Positions 19,075 to 27,899 of a stretch of DNA of 32,000 nucleotides are shown here, piece after piece. Origin of the DNA: Halomicronema hongdechloris C2206. GTDB taxonomy: Bacteria; Cyanobacteriota; Cyanobacteriia; Phormidesmidales; Phormidesmidaceae. The stretch lies in NCBI RefSeq assembly GCF_002075285.3, contig NZ_CP021983.2, positions 450,001 through 482,000 on the forward strand, given 5' to 3'. Position 1 is the first letter of the stretch. Each line of letters opens with the position of its first letter. The notes under the pieces are model-generated. The model made no database searches. It saw only the letters and a program-made list of their open reading frames with translations, and was not told the DNA's origin. Made by a program: the position numbers and the translations under genes.

Positions 19075-19857
19075 CTGGCCCCATCACCCTGGCCCAGATC
19101 ACCGACACCCACCTGCTGCCCAGCCCCAGGCAGAACTGCGGGGCTGCACTCCCTGGCGCACCCTGCAAGCGGTCCTGACCCCACTGGCGACCATCGTCCC
19201 GATGCCGTTCTTGTTGACCGGCGATCTGGCTGATCAGGGGGGATGCTGCCGCCTACAGGCAATTGCGCTCAGGCTGCAGGCCCTGCAGGTTCCGGTCCTA
19301 CTGGCTACCCGGCAACCACGATCATCTGCCCACCTTGCAAACGGGTGTTTCGGGCACCGGGGTTCTCCGGTCTCCAATCCATTGATCTGGGCACCTGGCG
19401 GCTGCTGTTGCTAATTCGGTGCTGCCCCAGGCCCGCTTTGGGGAAGGGTATCTGGGGGCCGATCAGCTGCACGGGCTGCAGGCCGAACTGAGCCGCCATC
19501 GAGAACAGCCCACCCTGATTGCCCTGCCATCACCATCCCGTGCCCACCGGCATCGACTGGCTGGATCAGATGCCCGTGCTCAACGCCACCGATTTCCTCG
19601 CCATCGTAGACACCTTTCCCCAGGTGCGTTTGGTGCTGTTTGGTCACATCCATCAGGCGTTCGCCCACCACCGTTTGGCCCAGCCCGGGCAGCCAACGGT
19701 GGCCTTCTACGGCTGTCCTTCCACCTGTTTACAGGTCACCCCTGCGATCGCAACTCCCCACTGTCATCTGCCCGGATTTCGCCTGCTGTCCTTGTTGGCT
19801 GATGGTAGCCACCGCACTCAGGTGCAGCGAGTACACTCGGTTCCTATTCCCCCATGA
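19071..19857 (+). pseudogene. Metallophosphoesterase (CpdA-like), at least 5 frame changes
   Basis: Motifs are spread over three frames: MTGPITLAQITDTHL (frame of 19071), LLTGDLADQG (19202 ORF), YWLPGNHDH, LQSIDLGTWRLLLL (19243 ORF), LPQARFGEGYLGADQLHGLQAELSRHREQPTLIAL (19419 ORF) and HHHPVPTGIDWLDQM..LVLFGHIHQ (19519 ORF). There are ATGA-type overlaps with both neighbours (19071-74 and 19854-57). Confidence 0.65.
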
Positions 19858-20954
19858 TTGACACTCCTTCTGTTGCCCCCACCCAGGTCGTGAAATCCCG
19901 CTCTGCTGCTGCTAAACCTTTCCCGCCAACTGGCCGTTGGCGATGCTGGGGTGCCTTCGTCAGCCTGGGGGGACTGGTGTTGGCGAGCTTCCTGGCCAGC
20001 TTGACTTTGGGATCGGTCTCCATTCCGCTGACGGACATCCTCACCATTCTGCTGGGGGGAGAGCCGACACGAGACACCTGGCAGAACATCGTGCTGCAAT
20101 TTCGCCTGCCCCGAGCGATCGCGGCCAGCCTGTCGGGCGCGGCACTGGCCATCAGTGGGCTGCAACTGCAGGCCCTCTTCCGCAATCCCCTGGCTGGCCC
20201 GTCGGTGTTGGGCATCAACGCTGGAGCCAGTCTGGGAGTGGCATTGGTGGTGCTCACCGGCAACATGGCCGGATTCGCCTGGATGACCGGCCTCTCCCAG
20301 TTTAGTGTGGTTGTGGCGGCCAGCCTGGGAGCGGCCATCACCATGGCAGTGGTCTTGGGGATGGCTCACCGGGTCCGCAGTTCCCTGGCCCTGCTGATTT
20401 TTGGCCTCATGTTTGGCTACACCACCAACGCGCTGGTGAGCATCCTGCTGCACTTCAGCCAGTTGGACCAAACCCTGGCTTACCTGAACTGGACCTTCGG
20501 CAGCTTCGGGGGGGTCACCTGGGCCCAGATTCCCATCCTGCTCCCGCCCATCGTCGCGGGACTAGTCCTGGCCCAGCTTCTGTGTCAACGGCTCAACCTG
20601 CTGCTGCTGGGGGAAGAACAGGCCCGCGGTCTAGGGCTCTCCATTCACTGGATTCGCGGTTATTTGATCGTCAGTGCCTCCCTGCTGGCGGGCACCGTCA
20701 CCGCCTTCTGTGGCCCCATTGCCTTTCTGGGGGTGGCGGTGCCCCACCTGGCCCGCAGCCTGCTGGGCACGCTGGATCATCGCCGCTTAGTCCCCGCCGC
20801 CGCCTTACTCGGGACCCTCCTGGCCTTGATGGCCGATCTGATCGCCCAACTCCCCAGTAGCCAGACGATTCTGCCCCTCAACGCCGTGACAGCCCTGCTC
20901 GGTGGCCCCGTCGTGATCTGGCTGATGCTGAAGCGATATCGGCTATTTTATTAA
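19854..20954 (+). CDS. FecCD/BtuC-family ABC transporter permease
   Basis: Intact 366-aa polytopic ORF with typical FecCD sequence (..IVLQFRLPRAIAASLSGAALAISGLQLQALFRNPLAGPSVLGINAGASLG..). No cognate ATPase gene follows in the window. Confidence 0.85.
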   Translation: MIDTPSVAPTQVVKSRSAAAKPFPPTGRWRCWGAFVSLGGLVLASFLASLTLGSVSIPLTDILTILLGGEPTRDTWQNIVLQFRLPRAIAASLSGAALAISGLQLQALFRNPLAGPSVLGINAGASLGVALVVLTGNMAGFAWMTGLSQFSVVVAASLGAAITMAVVLGMAHRVRSSLALLIFGLMFGYTTNALVSILLHFSQLDQTLAYLNWTFGSFGGVTWAQIPILLPPIVAGLVLAQLLCQRLNLLLLGEEQARGLGLSIHWIRGYLIVSASLLAGTVTAFCGPIAFLGVAVPHLARSLLGTLDHRRLVPAAALLGTLLALMADLIAQLPSSQTILPLNAVTALLGGPVVIWLMLKRYRLFY

Positions 20955-21069
20955 CTCCGGTCAACCCTGTTAAAAGCCGCAGTTGGAGGACCTGGCATGA
21001 CTACCCTGTCGGCAAGTCGGCCTTAGCCCCTTCCAGGAGGCTAGTGACCTTGTCATGGATAGCCATCGC

Positions 21070-21097
21070 TTGTAAACACAGCTGCCTCCGCTAGAAT
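21070..21097 (+). promoter_or_regulatory. Putative sigma70-type promoter for the 21124 ORF
   Basis: TTGTAA (21070-75), a 16-nt spacer, then TAGAAT (21092-97). SD gagg at 21111-14 lies 9 nt before ATG 21124. This is a pattern match only. Confidence 0.3.
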
Positions 21098-21123
21098 GGC
21101 GGTACGTTCTGAGGTCATGACCC

Positions 21124-21555
21124 ATGGCGGAAACTCCCTCTTCTCAAAGCTTCAGCATCAGCAACAGCCAGGTTTCTCAACGGGCAGCGATTGCGGGGCA
21201 GGTCGGCGGTGACGTGATCCAGTCTTTAAACGACCAGAGCGGTGAGGTGGCCCCGTCAGCTGAGCAGGTGGTCGAGCTGATTACCCAGATGCAGCAGCTG
21301 ATCCAAACCGCCGCCCTGCCGGACGAGCAGAAGCAAAAAGCCCTGCGGCACCTAGATGCCACCAAGGACGAGGTCCAGGCCCAGGAGCCCGATAAGGGGT
21401 TTGCCGTCAAGAATTTTCAGCGAGCCACTAAAGTCTTACAAGAGGCCGGAGCCACCGTCGAAGCCTCCCAATCCCTGTGGCAGCAGCTGCAAGGATTGAC
21501 CTCTACCCTGGCCCCTTGGTTCGGCGTCGCCGCCAACACCTTGTTGTTGCTTTAA
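21124..21555 (+). CDS. Hypothetical 143-aa protein; its N-terminal motif is shared with the downstream NACHT gene
   Basis: ORF track: ..SFSISNSQVSQRAAIAGQVGGDVIQSLNDQSGE.., then a helical Gln/Glu-rich part and a hydrophobic C-terminus (LAPWFGVAANTLLLL). No family recognised. Confidence 0.55.
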   Translation: MAETPSSQSFSISNSQVSQRAAIAGQVGGDVIQSLNDQSGEVAPSAEQVVELITQMQQLIQTAALPDEQKQKALRHLDATKDEVQAQEPDKGFAVKNFQRATKVLQEAGATVEASQSLWQQLQGLTSTLAPWFGVAANTLLLL

Positions 21556-21615
21556 ATTGTCTACATCTCCTGGCAGTACTCTCGCTGCCATCAGGGCCAC
21601 TATCTACCCGCAACC

Positions 21616-23761
21616 ATGAGCGATAAACCCTCCCGCCAGTATGAGATTGCCACTCCTTGTATCTGAGAGCCAGGTGGGGGGCAGTCGGGGGTGACCTACT
21701 GCATAAATCAAGGCTCCGGCAACATCTTCAAAGATGTCATCGTCAACGTTTTCCAAGCAGAAGCCAGTGGCGTCGGTCCCGGCTTGCTGCGACAGCTGTA
21801 CCGCAATCGTCAGGCCCTGCTGCGCAAGTAGAACACTACTGGTCGCGCGGGGTGTTTGAGACCTCCCTGCGGCAACAGCCCTTACTGCATCCGCCCCTGG
21901 AACTGCGACCCGATCTGGTACTGGCTCCTTGGAGTGCTGTAGATCAGGCCCAAGATCAGCAGCGCCAGCTTCCTGCCGGCGGGCACCCAGTTATTTGAGC
22001 TGTTCGCAGCAGCTAGGGGAAGCCGGTCGTTGCTGTTGTTGGGGGGACCCTGCAGCGGTAAAACCACCCTGCTGTTTGAACTGACCCGCTGTTTAGTGGC
22101 CCGGGCTGACCAAACTGCCGATCTGCGCATCCCGGTGGTGGTGAATTTAGCCTCCTGGGGCAGCAAGAAACAGGCCATGGCCGACTGGCTGATCCATGAA
22201 CTCAACAGTAAATACCAGGTGCCTCGCAGCGTGGGCCAGGGCTGGCTTCAGCAACAACAGTTGCTACTGCTGCTGGACGGCCTGGATGAAGTGCCCCTGC
22301 CCCGCCGGGATGACTGTGTCGAGGCCCTGAATCAGTTTTACCAGGACTATGGGCCAGAACTGGTGGTGGTCTGCCGCACCCAGGATTATGAGGCCCTGCC
22401 CAATCAGTTGGATTTTCAGTTGGCGGTGGAAGTGCGATCTTTAACACCTGACCAAATTGATACCTATTTGGCGGCCCATCCCGCCACAGACAATCTGCAG
22501 CAGCGCATTCATCACGATAAGACGCTGATGGAACTAGCCAATAGCCCCCTGATGTTGCAGCTGATTTGTCTCACCTACGACGATATTCCCTCCCAGCCCT
22601 TAGCTCAAACCACCAGCCAGCGAACGTCGGTATTTGACGCCTACATTCGCCAGATGTTCAAGCACCGCTCTGGGCGAGACCACTACAGTCCCCAGCAGAC
22701 CCTGAGCTGGTTAACCTGGCTGGCCCAGCAGATGCTAGTTACCTCCCAGGCGGTCTTTTTAATCGAGGAATTACAGCCGCAGCAACTGCCTACTCCCTGG
22801 CAACGGGCACTTTATCGCATTGGGGTGCGGTGGGGGGTGTTTATGCTCTGGGGGGGCGCTCCATATTGGGTTGTTGAAAGGACTATTAGATGCGCCAGTG
22901 GGAGTGGCCTTTAGCTGGGGATTCGCTGGCCAGGGAGCCCTCTATGGCTTGGTCGCCGGCCTGGTCTATGGCCTGTTATCCGGCCTCGGCAGTAGCCTGG
23001 TGCGCCGCAGCCTGGCCGGGCGGCTGCTGGGGGCAGGATCATTGGGGCTCATCTTTGGCCTCGCCTTCTGGCAGAGTTGGCAGAATGTCTGGGTGGGGGT
23101 GGCCTACGGATTACTCTACGGCCTGGTGGGCTTGGTGGTCTATGGCTTTATCCACCAGCCCATTGACCCGGTAGAGACGATTCGCTGGTCCTGGCGGCAA
23201 GCATCAGGAAAACTCATCCTGGGGGTGTTGGTGGGCCTGGTGCTGTACTTTTTCACTAAGGATTTTGTTATCCCAGAGCAGACCGGTGCCATTCCCCTGC
23301 TGCTGTTTAGTCTGATGGGGCTGATGATTGCCATGGTGTTTGGCTTTTCCCGGGGGCAGGAGGTGGAGACAGTAATCGTGCCAAATCAGGGGATTTGGCG
23401 CTCGGCGACTAATGCCCTGAGAATGAGCTTGGCCATTGGCCTACCCACGGGCTTCTTTGTGGGCACCCTGCAGGGACTGCATTTAAGCCCAGCCCGGGGG
23501 GCGGCCTTCGGCATTGTCAATGGGCTGATCTTTGGACTCCTGGCCGCGTTCATCGGCGCTCAAGGCTCTGGCATCACCTGCATCAAGCATGGGGTGGTCC
23601 GGATCTTACTGTGGTGGCATGGCTACACGCCCTGGAATTATGCCCACTTTCTCAACTATGGTTGCGATCGCATCTTTCTGCACAAAGTGGGCGGTGGCTA
23701 TGCCTTCATTCACCGGGCTCTGATGGAACACTTCGCCCAGCTCCAGCCATCTCGTCCCTAA
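21616..23761 (+). pseudogene. NACHT-type STAND NTPase with a C-terminal polytopic membrane domain, frame-disrupted at about 5 sites
   Basis: The pieces are MSDKPSRQYEIATP.. (21616), ESQVGG.., ..INQGSGNIFKDVIVNVFQAEASG..LLRK (stop 21829), VEHYWSRGVFETSLRQQPLLHPPLELRPDLVLAPW.. and ORF 22030..22914. That ORF carries Walker A GGPCSGKTT, Walker B LLLLLDGLDEV and VVVCRTQDY. ORF 22820..23761 contributes about 8 hydrophobic segments. Disruptions lie at ~21660, ~21685 (G6 run), ~21828, ~21980 and ~22860 (G7 run). Confidence 0.7.
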
Positions 23762-23790
23762 CCGCAGCCTAGACGTCCAGACCGCTAGCC

Positions 23791-23910
23791 TCATTCACGG
23801 GGAGGAGTTTTCAGCACTTTCCAGGTGATTACCCCCAATAGCACCATATATCCAACCACCACCACCCAATTCTGCCAGCTGTCGTCTCCTGGCGTCCATG
23901 GAGAAGCCAT
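23791..23910 (-). CDS. Possible 39-aa membrane micro-protein
   Basis: Hand translation gives MASPWTPGDDSWQNWVVVVGYMVLLGVITWKVLKTPPRE*. It has one hydrophobic helix. There is no further support. Confidence 0.2.
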   Translation of the reverse strand: MASPWTPGDDSWQNWVVVVGYMVLLGVITWKVLKTPPRE

Positions 23911-23975
23911 TCCAGCACACTCCTGTAACTCCGTCGTGTCTCTATCCTATTGCGTTTGTCAGGTAGCTTAGGACA

Positions 23976-25142
23976 TTGAGAATCGCTCCCATGCCTAGAC
24001 TAGGGAGCTATCTGACCGCAACCGTCCTAAGCATAGGCACGGTTGCTATAGGATTTGCTAGGGAGTTTTGCCGCCAACTTGGGAACCCTAAGCGTAGTTC
24101 CCAGAGCAGGTCAGTGCCTCGGCTGGAGCCGTCATTGCTGGTGTCTCCCATGGACTCACATGCTCCCATGTCCCGGTCAGTTGCGTTACCGATTACTCCA
24201 CCCGTGATATTGCGTCTGCCCCTGATGCTAACGGTTTTAGAAGCGGTAGAGCTGAAACAGCGCTGCCAAGATGCCCTCGCCATAGGCTCTGTATCTCGAC
24301 TGATACTCGATCTCAGCGATACCACCTTCATCGACAGTAGTGGCTTGGGGGCCCTGGTCATTTGCCGGCGGCTCTGCCGGCAACAAGGGGGTGTCCTGGT
24401 GCTGCGAGACGTCACCCCCCAGGTGGCTATGGCTCTAGAACTGGCCAGCCTAGACAGCTGCTTTGTCTTTGAATCGAGTGCTGCCGTCACTGATCACACC
24501 GGACACGCCTCATCGTCCACGGCATTTCTTAACACCCACCCCTCGGTGCGCTGTCGCACTAAACGGCTACTAGATATTCTGGGGGCCGTCGTGGGCTTGG
24601 GTATCACTGCCCTGCTGTGGGTTCCCGTGGCCATTGCCATCAAACTAGACGACGGCGGGCCAGTATTCTTCGGCCAGATTCGCTGCTCTTGGATGGGTCA
24701 GCACTTCGTCATGTGGAAGTTTCGCTCCATGGTAATCAATGCCGAAGCCCTGAAACACCAGGTTTGCAATGAATTAGAAGGTCCTTTATTCAAAAATGCC
24801 AATGACCCCCGCATTACCCGAGTGGGCCAGTTCTTGCGGCGCACTAGCCTAGATGAGTTTCCTCAGTTTTGGAATGTGCTTCAGGGAGATATGAGTCTGG
24901 TAGGTACCCGTCCCCCGACGCCAGAGGAACTGGCTCAGTATGAGGTGCCAGAGTGGCAACGACTGGACGTGAAGCCCGGCATCACCGGGGAATGGCAAGT
25001 GAAGGGACGCTCCTGCATTCGCCGCTTTGAAGAGGTAATTCGCCTGGACTTAGCCTACCAGCGCCATTGGAGTATCTGGTACGACCTGCGGTTGATGCTC
25101 CTGACTATCTGGGTCCTACTCACCCGGCGAGGAGCCGTTTGA
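23976..25142 (+). CDS. STAS (anti-sigma-antagonist-like) domain fused to a bacterial sugar transferase (WbaP/EpsL-type, PF02397-like)
   Basis: 388-aa ORF. The track start is TTG 23976. ATG 23991 or the later Met codons (MDSH.., MSRS..) are alternatives. The STAS part is ..LRLPLMLTVLEAVELKQRC..LILDLSDTTFIDSSGLGALV..GGVLVLRDVTPQVAMALEL. The transferase part is KRLLDILGAVVGL..GPVFFGQIRC..KFRSM..GPLFKNANDPRITRVGQFLRRTSLDEFPQFWNVLQGDMSLVGTRPP. Confidence 0.8.
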   Translation: MRIAPMPRLGSYLTATVLSIGTVAIGFAREFCRQLGNPKRSSQSRSVPRLEPSLLVSPMDSHAPMSRSVALPITPPVILRLPLMLTVLEAVELKQRCQDALAIGSVSRLILDLSDTTFIDSSGLGALVICRRLCRQQGGVLVLRDVTPQVAMALELASLDSCFVFESSAAVTDHTGHASSSTAFLNTHPSVRCRTKRLLDILGAVVGLGITALLWVPVAIAIKLDDGGPVFFGQIRCSWMGQHFVMWKFRSMVINAEALKHQVCNELEGPLFKNANDPRITRVGQFLRRTSLDEFPQFWNVLQGDMSLVGTRPPTPEELAQYEVPEWQRLDVKPGITGEWQVKGRSCIRRFEEVIRLDLAYQRHWSIWYDLRLMLLTIWVLLTRRGAV

Positions 25143-25281
25143 GTCCTTGTCCTGCGGGTCATCAGTGGTGGGCTCAGGGGACGAGAGCCCCGTCTCCTTG
25201 TTGTCCCTGGCCGAGGGCTGCTCCTGGCTATCGCTGGCTCCATCAGGGGGGCGAGGAATGGAGCGGGGCCTGGGGGGCAGT

Positions 25282-26082
25282 TCAATCATGGCTCGTTTGG
25301 CGCTTGGGTTTTAGCAGCCCCTGGGCCACCTCCAACACCCAGTCTTTCACGATTACCATGCGGCCTAGCCAGGACGGGGGCGAGGTCTCTGGTGTCGGTG
25401 TGGCCGCCGCGGCGGCCGGTTTTTTAGGGGATGGCCGTGGTGGGGAGGCCTCAACCGGCCTGGTCTGTTGCTTATCGGCAGTCACCGCCGCCGTCTTGCC
25501 CCGCCCAGAACCAGGAGCCGTCGTCGTCACCGCAGGGGCGGCACCAGGAGAAACATCGGGCCACGGTTGCCGGGTCTCGTCGATGAACTCGTAGTGGGTG
25601 GCCCGCCGAGTCGCTGGGTGAGGTCGGCGGGACTCCGCCTCAGCACTTGGAGAGAGGTCCTCCTGATCGGTGTCATCGGCGTCATCGGTGTCGGAGGCAA
25701 TACTGGGCCAGGGCACCGTCTGCCACCATTGGCTCAGGCCCAACCGTTGACTCCAGGTCATGAAGGGTTCGATAAACAGCTGCCGTAATCTCTGCCAGGA
25801 GTCTGTCGAGACGATGGTTTGCAGGGGTTGAGGAGTACGCTGGCGTCTTAGCCATAGGGTTTGCCATCCCAACGCCATAATCAACGACACACTGGCTAGC
25901 TGCCCCAACAATAAGGCCCCCGTCATCTGACCGGCGCACAGCCATAGGATAAGAGCATAGAAAAGACCAACCCCACTCCAGAGAAAGTCTTGCTTGCGAT
26001 GGAGCTCCGGGTAAAAGAAGGCTGCCAGATACAGAGCCAGACTGCTCAGGGCCACAGCCAACGCTAATAGATAAGACAGCAT
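25282..26082 (-). CDS. ycf66: Ycf66-like membrane protein with a Pro/Ala-rich C-terminal tail
   Basis: 266-aa ORF. The N-terminus MLSYLLALAVALSSLALYLAAFFYPELHRKQDFLWSGVGLFYALILWLCAGQMTGALLLGQL resembles the Ycf66 N-terminal domain pattern as I recall it. Confidence 0.55.
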   Translation of the reverse strand: MLSYLLALAVALSSLALYLAAFFYPELHRKQDFLWSGVGLFYALILWLCAGQMTGALLLGQLASVSLIMALGWQTLWLRRQRTPQPLQTIVSTDSWQRLRQLFIEPFMTWSQRLGLSQWWQTVPWPSIASDTDDADDTDQEDLSPSAEAESRRPHPATRRATHYEFIDETRQPWPDVSPGAAPAVTTTAPGSGRGKTAAVTADKQQTRPVEASPPRPSPKKPAAAAATPTPETSPPSWLGRMVIVKDWVLEVAQGLLKPKRQTSHD

Positions 26083-26527
26083 GATAAGAGCTTAGGAAAC
26101 GGGCAACTAGTAGCCTGCAGCGCCAGGTTGACTACCACTATCTGTGGCAGAGGGGCCAGAGAGTTGGAGAGTAGATTGGTTGGCCGACTGCCGCCATGGC
26201 GTACTAGCCTCCATGATATCGTCTCGGCTAGACCCAGCCGGCCTGACCGCAGGGATCGGTGATTGCAATCCTTGAGAGGAAGCAGCCTTTAGCCAGAGTG
26301 ACAGAAAGAGCGTAGCCATGGCTACGCTCTCGCTTAGTTTTGGCAACACAAGGGGCCTAACGTGTTTCCGGCGCGGGGTGAGGGAGAGTTCGTCTCCTAC
26401 CAGTCAGGGGGGCTATGGCATCCCTGCCCCCCACTAGAGTCGGCAACCTAAATTCGGAAACACTGTAGCCGAATCAGGACCGGTATCGGCTCGACTATCA
26501 GCTATCGCGCTGTTCTTAGCTGTACAC

Positions 26528-26698
26528 CTAAGAAATGGCCACCGTCAGCGTCAATAGCCCGGCCACTAAGGCTACCGCCAGGAGGCCCAAAATGGCATAG
26601 TTACGCTTGTCCTTGGTGGTGGGGGGTTGGGTCTGATACATCTTGGGCTCGTGGGCAAAGTTGTTGAGGCGCCCGCCATCTTCTGTGGTGTACGGCAT
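26528..26698 (-). CDS. psb34: Psb34 / Ssl1498-family small PSII-associated protein (56 aa)
   Basis: Below the ORF-track size cut-off. Hand translation gives MPYTTEDGGRLNNFAHEPKMYQTQPPTTKDKRNYAILGLLAVALVAGLLTLTVAIS*. The GGRLNNFA.EPK motif plus a single C-terminal TM helix matches my memory of the Ssl1498 family. Confidence 0.6.
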   Translation of the reverse strand: MPYTTEDGGRLNNFAHEPKMYQTQPPTTKDKRNYAILGLLAVALVAGLLTLTVAIS

Positions 26699-26977
26699 AC
26701 AGTCGATTTCCTGACTTAATAGACAACATTACCGGCGCGGCCAGCCTACGTCCTAGGCCAGATGTGCAGGTCTCTTTGCAGACAACCTCCAGATCTTGGT
26801 TCAGTTTGGCGCAGCCTTCTACGAAGATCCCCCCCTGACGGTGGCTGGTCCTCCGGCAACGGGGATCATGAACCGGCTTTGAGTTACCATATCAAAATTG
26901 CTGTTAAATCTAAAGTTTTCTAAAGATATTTCAACATTGGCAAATGTCTGGCGGCCTGAGGCGGCGGCAACTGGCTG

Positions 26978-27769
26978 TTACGGCTGTTCGGAGGCAGCCT
27001 TGTCTAGGGGAGTCAGGTCTAGTGTAACCGGCTCACCAACAGTAGGGATGAGAACTTGGGTGGAAAGATGACGTTGGGCCAGGTCGCTGCGCAGGGTATC
27101 GACGCCTCCTAGGGCCTGAAGCCAAGCAGCCAAAATCCCTGAGAATTTGGTCTGCCCAGCGTCGGCGGTGGGCAGAATCACCTGGGGACGGAGCCAGGTG
27201 GCCAGTTCTAAGGCGCCTTGGCGTCCCCGTAGGATCGGCCCCACCAGGGGAAGCTTTAGGTCTACCACTGGGGTAATCACCACATCTACAGGAGCTGCTT
27301 GTTGCAAGGAATCGTTGTGGAAGCCGTGGGGTTCGTAGAACAGGCGTAGCCCCGTGGTGCGATCGCACAGCAGATAACCGTTTTCCACCAGAAAGGGACC
27401 GATGGGCGCCCCTGGCACCGCCGTGATGTCTAGGGTGTCATCTAGGGTAGTACTCTGGCCATGGTCCAGAGCCGTTACTCGCTCATACCCCAAGGCTGCG
27501 ACCACCTTAGCCCCATTGGCAGAAGCCACCACGGGAATGCGGCGATCAAGCTGCTTTAGGGTCTCGGGGTGGGCGTGATCTTCTAGCCCCTGGGACAGCA
27601 GAATGCCATCAATGGCCTCTGGAATCGGCGGCGGATCAAGCTTGACGCCTTTAATCAGCCAGGCCTGTTGCCCGAAGACCAGAGGGCCGACCAGCCAAGG
27701 ATCGATCAGGTACCGTTTCTGGGCTACTTCCAGCAGCCATGAGTTGTTATCGAGCCAAGTCAGATGCAT
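26978..27769 (-). CDS. MBL-fold metallo-hydrolase
   Basis: 263-aa ORF: MHLTWLDNNSWLLEVAQKRYLIDPWLVGP..ILLSQGLEDHAHPETLKQL.. (beta-lactamase-fold type). Confidence 0.7.
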   Translation of the reverse strand: MHLTWLDNNSWLLEVAQKRYLIDPWLVGPLVFGQQAWLIKGVKLDPPPIPEAIDGILLSQGLEDHAHPETLKQLDRRIPVVASANGAKVVAALGYERVTALDHGQSTTLDDTLDITAVPGAPIGPFLVENGYLLCDRTTGLRLFYEPHGFHNDSLQQAAPVDVVITPVVDLKLPLVGPILRGRQGALELATWLRPQVILPTADAGQTKFSGILAAWLQALGGVDTLRSDLAQRHLSTQVLIPTVGEPVTLDLTPLDKAASEQP

Positions 27770-27899
27770 AGGAGGTGGACGCGTGACGACTAGGGGGCGA
27801 GCAAGGACGGAAATTGCTTCCGGGACAGTGATCCCCGTATAATCCCTGGGGCCTAGTTACAAATTGTAATACTTTCGTTCTGGTTTCCCCAAGGTAGCC

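Noticed and set aside
19818-20471. ORFs 19818..20471 (-), 19844..20344 (-) and 19937..20305 (+) overlapping the FecCD permease
   Set aside because: They are antisense to, or out of frame with, an intact and clearly homologous permease, and their composition is low-complexity.
25067-25945. Plus-strand ORFs 25067..25594 and 25468..25788, and minus-strand ORF 25682..25945, over ycf66
   Set aside because: They overlap the Pro/Ala-rich tail region of the ycf66-like gene in other frames. The Gly/Arg/Pro-rich translations have no motifs.
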